Part shown: one piece after another, positions 1 to 7,441 of the stretch
Numbering within the stretch: position 1 is the stretch's first letter
How the letters are laid out: each line of letters starts with the position of its first letter
Assembly (NCBI GenBank): GCA_947630195.1
Contig: CANRGQ010000002.1
Span: 1-37,867 of the forward strand
Direction: 5' to 3'
DNA length: 37,867 bases
Origin: an uncultured Bacilli bacterium
GTDB lineage: Bacteria; Bacillota_I; Bacilli_A; RF39; UBA660
The notes under the pieces: model-generated
Seen by the model: the letters and a program-made list of their open reading frames with translations, nothing else
What the model was told of the DNA's origin: nothing
Databases searched by the model: none
Position numbers and translations under genes: made by a program

Positions 1-77
1 TTATGGGGTAAGGGGTCTTTTTGGCTTTTTTACAAAATCTTGTTTTTATTTATGTTTTTTTACAAGCAATAGCATAC

Positions 78-105
78 TTGACAAAAAAGCAAAACATTGT
101 ATAAT
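78..105 (+). promoter_or_regulatory. sigma-A type promoter (TTGACA, 16 nt spacer, TATAAT) for the Cys-rich ORF
   Basis: TTGACA at 78-83 and TATAAT at 100-105, read directly. They lie about 30 nt upstream of the GAAAGGGG RBS. Confidence 0.6.
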
Positions 106-134
106 ATATATCGCTTTTGAAAGGGGATATTATT

Positions 135-737
135 ATGGCAACATTATGTTGTTCAAATTGTGATTGGTACGACCGAAACAGTACTCATTATATGAACTCT
201 GATATGCATAAATGTAAAAATAATGGGAGTTGGAGATGTCCAACTGATAGTTGTAAAGACCACTCGAGAGAAGAAGTTAAATCTACTTCTAGCAGTGGAG
301 AATTTAAACAATCAGGTTGTTATATTACTACTATGATATGTGATATTTTAGGATATAGTGATAACTGTGATATTTTACGTATCTTAAGATTATTTAGAGA
401 AAATATTTTAAAATGTGATTTTAAATACACTAATTTACTTTTACAATACGATATAGTTGGACCAGAAATTAGTAATCATTTAAAAAATATAGAAAATAAT
501 TATGATTATTCAAAAAAATTACTTGATAGTTTCTTAACTCCTTGTATTTATGCTATTAAAGAAGGCTATGTTGAAGAAGCGGTTAAAATTTATAAAAATA
601 TGGTCGAAACTTTATGTGAAACATTTAATATTGAACTTGTAAGCCCTAAAAGAGATATGGAATATGAGGCTCGTACTTTAGGTAGAGGAAGAAGATTAGT
701 AAGAAATTTTGGACCTTTAAAAAGTGCTCAAATTTAA
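135..737 (+). CDS. hypothetical Cys-rich protein (N-terminal CxxC/zinc-ribbon-like cluster plus helical C-terminal part)
   Basis: The ORF track starts at a TTG (117). The ATG at 135 follows the GAAAGGGG RBS. The N-terminus reads CCSNC..(18)..CK..(7)..C..(4)..C, followed by a GCYITTMICD motif. I do not recognise a family with confidence. Confidence 0.55.
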   Translation: MATLCCSNCDWYDRNSTHYMNSDMHKCKNNGSWRCPTDSCKDHSREEVKSTSSSGEFKQSGCYITTMICDILGYSDNCDILRILRLFRENILKCDFKYTNLLLQYDIVGPEISNHLKNIENNYDYSKKLLDSFLTPCIYAIKEGYVEEAVKIYKNMVETLCETFNIELVSPKRDMEYEARTLGRGRRLVRNFGPLKSAQI

Positions 738-1825
738 GCACTTTTTTTCATGTAATTTTCTTTTATATAATCAACTAGTAACTCACAAGAATTTTCTTTA
801 ATTAATTCTTTTTGTTTTGTTATCATTTTATTTTGTAATTTTTCATCTTTTAATAATTTTTTTAAGCAAGTTACAACTTCTTCAATATTTCTTGCTTTTA
901 AACTCATGCCATTTCTTTCAAAAAAGTTAGCATTGTAGTTTTCCACACCGGGAATGGGCATCATATGTATTAAAGGTTTATGAAGAGTTACGACTTCACT
1001 TGTCGTTAATCCTCCCGGTTTCGTAATAACCACTTTACTATGCTTCATATATTCACTCATATTTTTCGTAAACCCAACCACAATTAAATTAGGATTATCT
1101 ATTCTATCTAATATTCCTTTTAACTTTTCATTATTCCCACATATAACGACTAAATAATAGTCTTTGATTTCTTTTAAGATTTCATTAACTAAATTCTTCA
1201 TATTGCCAAACCCCATACTCCCAGAGGTAAGTAAAATATATTCTTTATCATGAGGAATATCAATTTTCTCATCCTTTAATCTAAAATTAGTGGATACCGG
1301 AATTCCAATTGGCAAAATAATATCTTTCGAAAATCCTTTTTTCACAAATTCACTCGTTAATTTCGCACTGGGAATTACAAAAGTATCGGGATTAGTTTCA
1401 TTCCAAAAAGGAATGCATTCATAATCAGTGGCTACATTGATAAATTTAACGTTTTCTTCTTTTTTTATTTCTGTTAATGCCATACTCGGAAATAAATGCG
1501 TACAAATTATTAAATCATAATCATTATCTTTAATATAATTACTTATTTTTTCTTTAGCCATTTTATTAAGTAAATACACGGGACTTATAATATTACTTTT
1601 ATTATAGATTTCCCCAATTTTATAAACGCCTTTAAAAATTGTCCCATTACCTTTCGTAGAGTCCAAATATAATTTTTCAATAATCCGGGCAATATTTTCA
1701 CCGACTAACTCTAAATAATTACACACATCAGCATGAATATCATTCATAATTAATTCTTCCGCAATATACTTAGCACAACTTGTATGACCCCCACCCGTAT
1801 TACATGTTAATATTAAAACTTTCAT
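734..1825 (-). CDS. MGDG-synthase / GT28-family diacylglycerol glycosyltransferase (UgtP-like glycolipid synthase)
   Basis: The N-terminus MKVLILTCNTGGGHTSCAKYIAEE matches the GGGH motif typical of the MGDG_synth N-domain. The length is 363 aa and the C-terminal part (KPGGLTTSE) looks like GT28. Confidence 0.75.
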   Translation of the reverse strand: MKVLILTCNTGGGHTSCAKYIAEELIMNDIHADVCNYLELVGENIARIIEKLYLDSTKGNGTIFKGVYKIGEIYNKSNIISPVYLLNKMAKEKISNYIKDNDYDLIICTHLFPSMALTEIKKEENVKFINVATDYECIPFWNETNPDTFVIPSAKLTSEFVKKGFSKDIILPIGIPVSTNFRLKDEKIDIPHDKEYILLTSGSMGFGNMKNLVNEILKEIKDYYLVVICGNNEKLKGILDRIDNPNLIVVGFTKNMSEYMKHSKVVITKPGGLTTSEVVTLHKPLIHMMPIPGVENYNANFFERNGMSLKARNIEEVVTCLKKLLKDEKLQNKMITKQKELIKENSCELLVDYIKENYMKKSA

Positions 1826-1828
1826 AAA

Positions 1829-2455
1829 CTACTCCCAATTGTTTCCATACATATTTTTTAAATAATCACGATTGAATGTTTTGTCTAAGAATTTTTCAAA
1901 ACTATTATGAGGTTCAATTCCTTTATCGAAAGAATGGGCCCGCATTACCGCAAAAGCAGTTAAAATAATATCAAAGATTAAGAATATTATTAAAATTTTC
2001 ATAATAATATTACCCCATTTGGGATTTATTTTAGCAATAAACTTTTGCAGTAAAGGAAAAATATATTTAATATAAACAACCCCCAAAACACCCCACATTA
2101 AAGAATATTGTAAACAAATTCGACCATTTAAATTCATAAAGAATTTCGAATAATTCCAAGCCGGAAAACCGATTACTAATTCCATCCCCCAACTCATAAA
2201 GTATTCAAGTAATGAACAGCCAATAACCGAGATTAAAAATATTTCTAAAACATTAGCTTTTTGTTTTTTATAAAGCATTAGAGTTAAAAAACATGCCCCA
2301 AAGCCATAAATCGCATTAATAGGTCCTAAAACTAAAGCGGAATGGTTAAGAAGTAAATGGTCAATTACAATTGAACCTATGCCTTCAAAAATCCAACCAA
2401 ACACACTTCCTATAATAAAGATATAAAAATAATCATAAAATCTTAATTCCTTCAT
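1829..2455 (-). CDS. polytopic membrane protein (DUF1113 / 'putative ABC-transporter type IV' CmpB-like family)
   Basis: There are six or more hydrophobic helices, and the FGWIFE motif near the N-terminus recalls that family. The ORF track begins at a TTG (2482), but the ATG at 2455 is more plausible. The gap to the glycosyltransferase gene is 3 nt. Confidence 0.5.
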   Translation of the reverse strand: MKELRFYDYFYIFIIGSVFGWIFEGIGSIVIDHLLLNHSALVLGPINAIYGFGACFLTLMLYKKQKANVLEIFLISVIGCSLLEYFMSWGMELVIGFPAWNYSKFFMNLNGRICLQYSLMWGVLGVVYIKYIFPLLQKFIAKINPKWGNIIMKILIIFLIFDIILTAFAVMRAHSFDKGIEPHNSFEKFLDKTFNRDYLKNMYGNNWE

Positions 2456-2560
2456 ATAACTCACTATTATAAAGTATAACAATTATTAAAATAAATTACA
2501 ATTAAATATTTAAATTTAGCCAAAATGTGATATAATATCTAGCACTAGGGGGAAATTAAA

Positions 2561-4261
2561 ATGGAACATGATTATGAAGGATGTAGTAATTATATTCAAA
2601 GAGTAACAGATATATATGTCGCAATTAAAGATAAAATCATTAAAAAAACCTATACTTCACTAAAAATTCCTTATACTTTAACGGATAAGGATAAAGTAGC
2701 GGTAGCCTTTTTCTTAGGGGGTTTCTTTACTAACAGTAAAATTAAAGACTATTTATATGAAGCCAATGATGTTAATTTAAATAGACTAATGTCTTTTGCT
2801 TGTTTAGAACAACAAGAACTTAAAAAATTACCAAGTAAAGAAGATTATGATGTCGTTTATGCAAGTAGTAGTATGGTCTCTTTTTTTAGAGAAATGATTG
2901 TTAATATAGGCTCACAATATCGCATTAATAAAATTTGTCCGGAATTACTTTACTTATCTTTAAGTTTTACTAATTTTAGTGAAGCTAATTTCTATAATTT
3001 ACTTGCTCAAAAATGTGGCTTAAATTGTTTAACTTTTAGTAAACATTCCATATTTCGAAAATTAGAAGATTACTTAATAAAAAATGAATTTGTTATACCT
3101 TTAAGTGAACAAGAAAAAGAAAGATTTAAAGGCATACCGGAAAAGTTAATTGAAAAAACTAGTATACAACAACGAAGATATGATAAATATTTGAAAAAAA
3201 CAGTTGAAGATTTACCAGACCCAGAACTTTTACCTGTCAGTTTTTTAAGTAAAGATAAAAGTCATTTATGGCAAATCTTAGATGATATTTTAAAGAAATT
3301 TATTGGCCAAGAAGAAACAGTGGAAAATTTATTTTATAATATTGTTAATAATCAACAATTATCTACTTTATCCGAAATATCTGATGGGGAAAGATCAATT
3401 ATCTTCTTAGATGGCCCAACAGGTACAGGAAAAACAGCAATTACAAGAGAAATAACCCAAAAGTTAAATATTCCTTTTACTTCTACTTCCATTGTTAATT
3501 ATTCTTCAACCGGTTATGTCGGCGGAGATATTACCGATACTTTAGTCGATTTATATCATAAAGCAGGGGACAATGTCAGTTTAGCCCAAAGAGGTATTAT
3601 TGTTTTAGATGAACTTGATAAACTAGCTACTGGTAGTGATGGCTTAGAAATGAAAAAAGCAGTGCAACAACAACTTTTAGACTTCCTTGGGGGCGGTAAA
3701 TATATAGTTGATGTCGGAGAAAACTTATTTGATAAGAAAAAAATAGAATTTGATACCTCTAAAATTACTTTTGTCTGTCTTGGAGCTTTATCTACTTTAA
3801 GAGAAGAAAAACAAGATACCAAAAGAAGTTTAGGTTTTAGTACCGAATCAAAAGATGAAGATAAAACAAATTATAGTATTACTCCTGATGATTTAATTGG
3901 TATCGGCTTAGAAAGAGAATTAGTAGGAAGATTTAATACATACTTACATACTAATGACTATTCTAAAGAAGACTTAGTAAGAATTTTAAAGGAATCCTCA
4001 ATTAGTCCATTAATAGGATTAGAAAAATGGATTAAGATGAATGGTAAAACTTTAGAAATAGATGAAGATGCTTATGACGCTATTGCGGAACATGCTTATA
4101 ATTTAAATACAGGAGCTAGAAGCTTACAAACAGTTATAAATAATATTAGAACTTACTACATGAAAGAAGTTTTAAGAGGAGATAGTCCAATTGTGCATTT
4201 AAATAAAGATACCATTAATAAAATTAATGAAAACTCTATTAACAGAAGAGTTAGAGGCTAA
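2561..4261 (+). CDS. ClpX-family AAA+ ATPase paralog with a non-canonical about 230-aa N-terminal domain
   Basis: An AGGGGGA RBS precedes the start. Residues from about 235 to 566 align by eye with ClpX: FIGQE, Walker A GPTGTGKT, pore loop GYVG, Walker B IIVLDELDK, VQQQLLDFLGG, FVCLGA, an LGF (IGF-like) loop, GRFN and sensor-2 GARSLQ. The Cys4 zinc-finger N-domain is absent. Confidence 0.75.
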   Translation: MEHDYEGCSNYIQRVTDIYVAIKDKIIKKTYTSLKIPYTLTDKDKVAVAFFLGGFFTNSKIKDYLYEANDVNLNRLMSFACLEQQELKKLPSKEDYDVVYASSSMVSFFREMIVNIGSQYRINKICPELLYLSLSFTNFSEANFYNLLAQKCGLNCLTFSKHSIFRKLEDYLIKNEFVIPLSEQEKERFKGIPEKLIEKTSIQQRRYDKYLKKTVEDLPDPELLPVSFLSKDKSHLWQILDDILKKFIGQEETVENLFYNIVNNQQLSTLSEISDGERSIIFLDGPTGTGKTAITREITQKLNIPFTSTSIVNYSSTGYVGGDITDTLVDLYHKAGDNVSLAQRGIIVLDELDKLATGSDGLEMKKAVQQQLLDFLGGGKYIVDVGENLFDKKKIEFDTSKITFVCLGALSTLREEKQDTKRSLGFSTESKDEDKTNYSITPDDLIGIGLERELVGRFNTYLHTNDYSKEDLVRILKESSISPLIGLEKWIKMNGKTLEIDEDAYDAIAEHAYNLNTGARSLQTVINNIRTYYMKEVLRGDSPIVHLNKDTINKINENSINRRVRG

Positions 4262-4263
4262 TT

Positions 4264-4608
4264 ATGAATTATGAATATAATGGTAATTTAGAAGAAAATG
4301 AAAGAATTAACCAAGTAGCTAAAGAAATAATTTCAAAATATCCTTTTATTAGTTTAAATAACGCCATTAAAGCCTCATCATTAGAAGGTAAAATAGATAA
4401 AGAAGTATCAATTACTGATAAATTAAATAGACTATATAATATTATGTTAGTTAGTAGTAATAATAAAGATATAGTTATGCTTATTTTTAAAGATTATTTA
4501 AATTTATTAAAAAATAATAATATTGATAATAAATATTATTATTTATCTCAAAGTATTAATGAATATCTATATAATTATAGTGATTTCCCTATAATTAGTG
4601 ATTTTTAA
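4264..4608 (+). CDS. hypothetical 114-aa protein, translationally coupled to the ClpX-like gene
   Basis: The ATG lies 2 nt after the upstream stop, and a strong terminator follows immediately. I found no recognisable motif. Confidence 0.5.
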   Translation: MNYEYNGNLEENERINQVAKEIISKYPFISLNNAIKASSLEGKIDKEVSITDKLNRLYNIMLVSSNNKDIVMLIFKDYLNLLKNNNIDNKYYYLSQSINEYLYNYSDFPIISDF

Positions 4609-4634
4609 AAGAAGATAGTGTTTATCTTCTTTTT
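4609..4634 (+). terminator. rho-independent terminator
   Basis: A 9-bp stem (AAGAAGATA / TATCTTCTT) with loop GTGTT is followed by a T-run. Confidence 0.75.
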
Positions 4635-4673
4635 AGTTTAATACTCTATCCATATTATACATCAATTAATCAT

Positions 4674-4958
4674 TTATTTATTAAATAATTCACTATGACT
4701 ACCAGTAGCCACTAATAAAAGATTATTCATGCTTTCTTCATATTGATAAATTAATAACCAATCAGATTCTATATGACACTCCCGACAATTCTTATAATAT
4801 CTATCATCTATTAACTTATGGTCTTTATAATTTGGTTCTAATATTTTTTTATCTGCTAATTTATCAATAACTTTTTTTAATTTATCTAGATTTTTGCCTT
4901 GTCTTCCAACTTTCTTATATTGTTTTTTAAAATTAGAAGATAATACAATTTTTAACAT
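4674..4958 (-). CDS. yafQ: type II toxin, YafQ/RelE-family mRNA interferase
   Basis: The 94-aa product contains YKDHKL...CHIESDWLLIY...TGSHSELF, which matches the YafQ catalytic His/Asp/Phe pattern. It overlaps the upstream antitoxin gene by 1 nt. Confidence 0.85.
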   Translation of the reverse strand: MLKIVLSSNFKKQYKKVGRQGKNLDKLKKVIDKLADKKILEPNYKDHKLIDDRYYKNCRECHIESDWLLIYQYEESMNNLLLVATGSHSELFNK

Positions 4959-5248
4959 TAGTTATCTAAATAATCAAATAACTCCTTAGTTGTTTCAAAA
5001 CTAGGAAGTTCTTTCTTTCCATTTTTGTAATCTTCCATTTCTCGTAAAGATTCTAATAATTCTTTACTAGGTTTTGGAGCCATAGTTGGCTTAAATGCCA
5101 AACCTTGTTCTCTCTCGCATTGTCTTAAAAACATATTAATTGCAGAGTTAGTAGTAGTTCCAAGTTTTTTAAATAATTCATCAACGCTTTTCTTTAAATC
5201 TTTATCAATTCTAATAGTCATATTAGTAGTATTAGATATCGTACTCAT
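4958..5248 (-). CDS. dinJ: type II antitoxin, RelB/DinJ family
   Basis: NMTIRIDKDLKKSVDELFKKLGTTTNSAINMFLRQ is a typical DinJ ribbon-helix-helix N-terminus. The start is taken at the internal ATG (5248), which is preceded by an AAGGGAAG RBS. Confidence 0.8.
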   Translation of the reverse strand: MSTISNTTNMTIRIDKDLKKSVDELFKKLGTTTNSAINMFLRQCEREQGLAFKPTMAPKPSKELLESLREMEDYKNGKKELPSFETTKELFDYLDN

Positions 5249-5297
5249 AAATATCACTTCCCTTTTAATAATACTATATTTGTTACTATAAATCAAG

Positions 5298-5325
5298 TGC
5301 AATGTATTTGCAATATATTTGCAAT
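5298..5325 (-). promoter_or_regulatory. three 11-bp-phased TTGCA(A/C) repeats, candidate DinJ-YafQ operator overlapping the -35 region
   Basis: On the minus strand the sequence reads ATTGCAAATAT ATTGCAAATAC ATTGCAC. The hexamer TGCAAT occurs at 5298, 5309 and 5320 on the plus strand. The repeats lie 50-77 nt upstream of the dinJ start. Confidence 0.45.
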
Positions 5326-5593
5326 TATATTGTATGTAGTATTTTTAAAATTATACATTATTAATAAACAAAGTGTTGGATAAATAATTAAATTTTATAT
5401 AATATAGATAGGAAACACAGAAATTACTTCCTGTGTTAGTCATTTATTTTAAACTAACATTTAACAAAAAGTCCATAGGAAATTTTGACAAGTTTTGTCG
5501 TATTTTATCAAATACTATTATATATTTTACCAATTTTAATTATTTGGAAATTAAACTAAAAAAAGTATAATTATTTAACTATACCTTTTTGTT

Positions 5594-6484
5594 TTAATTA
5601 TTAATTTTTATAATATTACTTACAGCATTTATGGCATCACTCGCGGCCGTTACTAATTGGTAAATATCTTTTTTAATAACATCACCAATAGCATATATTC
5701 CATCTATTTCGGTCATAAAGTGTTCATCTACTTTAACATAACCTTGTTCATCTAAAATATTTAAACTTTGTAAGTAATCTGTATTAGGTTTATATCCAAT
5801 ATAAATGAATACTCCAGATACTTCTAATGTTTTTTCATTATCTAAAGTAATACTTTCTATTTTACCATCATTTTCATGATATTCTTTAATATTAACATTA
5901 TAGATAATTTCCATATTATCTTTTTCTTTGACTTTTTTCTCAAGTATCTTTTCCCCTTTAAATTTATCTTTTCTATTTAATAGATATACTTTATGACAAA
6001 CATTGGCAAGATACAATGATTCTTGTAAAGCACTACTACCAGATCCTACTACAGCAACATCTTTATCTTTATAGAAGGCTCCATCACAAGTAGCACAGGT
6101 ACTTATTCCCCTTCCAAGTAAATCTTTTTCATTATCTAGTCCTAAATATTTAGGCTTAGTACCTGTGGCAATAATTACTTTTTGAGCCTCATATTCACCC
6201 TTATCCGTAACTACTATTTTTTTATCATTTTCCACTCTTATTTCACTTACAGTTTCAAACTTATAAGGAATTTCTAAATCTTTAACTTGATCAAATAAAA
6301 GATTAGCAAATTCTCCTCCTTTAATATTTATAAGTCCTGGATAATTACTAACTTTTTCAATATTATTAAGCATACCTCCTGGCATACCTTTATCTAATAT
6401 TAAAACATTTAAATTACCTCTTTTAGCATAGATACCAGCAGTAACACCCCCAATACCCATTCCTACTATTATTAAATCGTACAT
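5594..6484 (-). CDS. trxB: thioredoxin-disulfide reductase
   Basis: FAD motif IIVGMGIGG, redox-active CATCDG, NAD(P)H motif VVGSGSSA, and a length of 296 aa. Confidence 0.85.
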   Translation of the reverse strand: MYDLIIVGMGIGGVTAGIYAKRGNLNVLILDKGMPGGMLNNIEKVSNYPGLINIKGGEFANLLFDQVKDLEIPYKFETVSEIRVENDKKIVVTDKGEYEAQKVIIATGTKPKYLGLDNEKDLLGRGISTCATCDGAFYKDKDVAVVGSGSSALQESLYLANVCHKVYLLNRKDKFKGEKILEKKVKEKDNMEIIYNVNIKEYHENDGKIESITLDNEKTLEVSGVFIYIGYKPNTDYLQSLNILDEQGYVKVDEHFMTEIDGIYAIGDVIKKDIYQLVTAASDAINAVSNIIKINN

Positions 6485-6495
6485 AAAATCCTCCT

Positions 6496-7308
6496 TTAAA
6501 ACATTATAGGTTTATTTTCCCCTTCATTATATAAATCTTCAAACTTACCTTTTCTTGATAACACAATAAATATTATTAACCCTACTAAGAATAAAATAAT
6601 CGAAACTATTTGGGCTGCTCTAAAACCGCCAAGCATTAAAGAATCTGTTCTTAAAGCCTCAATAAAGAAACGCCCTACTGAATAATACATCATATAGATA
6701 CAAGTAAGTTGTCCTCTTTTTAAATATTTTATTCTTCTTACAAAAAGTAAAATAATAAAACCTATTAAACAATAAATACTTTCATATAAAAAGGTAGGAT
6801 GATAATAAACATTACCAATTTTCATACCTTCAATTATCTTTTCCGGAATATGTAATTCTTTTAAATGATAATAAGTCGTAGCTACTCCATGGGCTTCTCC
6901 ATTAAAGAAGTTACCCCATCTTCCTATAGCTTGGGCTAAAAGTAAAGGAACAACTGTCATATCTGTTACTTTAAAAGGATTAATATTATATCTCTTACAA
7001 TAAATGATAAGAGTAATAAGTCCTCCAATTAAACCACCATGAATAGCAAGTCCACCTTCCCATATTTTAAAGACATCGAGTAGATTATCTTTATATAAAG
7101 AGAAATTAAAGACACAATAATAAATTCTTGCCGAAATTAACCCAAAGATAATAACCCAAAAAGCTAAATTAAATAAAAAGTCTTTAGGAATATTAAATCT
7201 TCTACCCTCTTTTATTAAAAGTAATATGGCTACAAGCATGGCTACTAATAATAAAAGAGAATACCATCTAACTTCAAAACTACCAATTGTAAATGCCACT
7301 GGGTTCAT
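6496..7308 (-). CDS. lgt: prolipoprotein diacylglyceryl transferase
   Basis: It carries the GRWGNFFNGEAHG signature and has a polytopic profile. The start is taken at the ATG at 7308, behind a GGAGAGTGGAG RBS. The upstream part of the ORF track runs into the uvrA terminator. Confidence 0.85.
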   Translation of the reverse strand: MNPVAFTIGSFEVRWYSLLLLVAMLVAILLLIKEGRRFNIPKDFLFNLAFWVIIFGLISARIYYCVFNFSLYKDNLLDVFKIWEGGLAIHGGLIGGLITLIIYCKRYNINPFKVTDMTVVPLLLAQAIGRWGNFFNGEAHGVATTYYHLKELHIPEKIIEGMKIGNVYYHPTFLYESIYCLIGFIILLFVRRIKYLKRGQLTCIYMMYYSVGRFFIEALRTDSLMLGGFRAAQIVSIILFLVGLIIFIVLSRKGKFEDLYNEGENKPIMF

Positions 7309-7366
7309 ATCTCCACTCTCCAATATTAATTTTATCATAAAAAAGATTCTATTACTAGAAATCTTT

Positions 7367-7417
7367 TTAAAAAACACAATGTACCACATAAGTTAAGTTT
7401 GTGTGGTACATTGTGTT
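7367..7417 (-). terminator. strong rho-independent terminator after uvrA
   Basis: A perfect 16-bp inverted repeat (AACACAATGTACCACA ... TGTGGTACATTGTGTT) is followed by a T-run on the minus strand. Confidence 0.85.
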
Positions 7418-7441
7418 AAAATTTTTTTTACAATTAGCTTT

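Noticed and set aside
3556-3822. 88-aa minus-strand ORF inside the ClpX-like gene
   Set aside because: It is antisense to a CDS with strong family motifs. It has no RBS and a Ser/Leu-rich composition typical of shadow ORFs.
5411-5440. Hairpin AACACAG-(10)-CTGTGTT and a TTGACA element (about 5486-5491) in the 290-nt ORF-free gap between trxB and dinJ, considered as a possible small RNA gene
   Set aside because: The stem is short and lacks a convincing U-tract on either strand. The TTGACA has no good -10 at 17 nt. The evidence is not enough to call a feature, but the gap is worth checking with transcriptome data.
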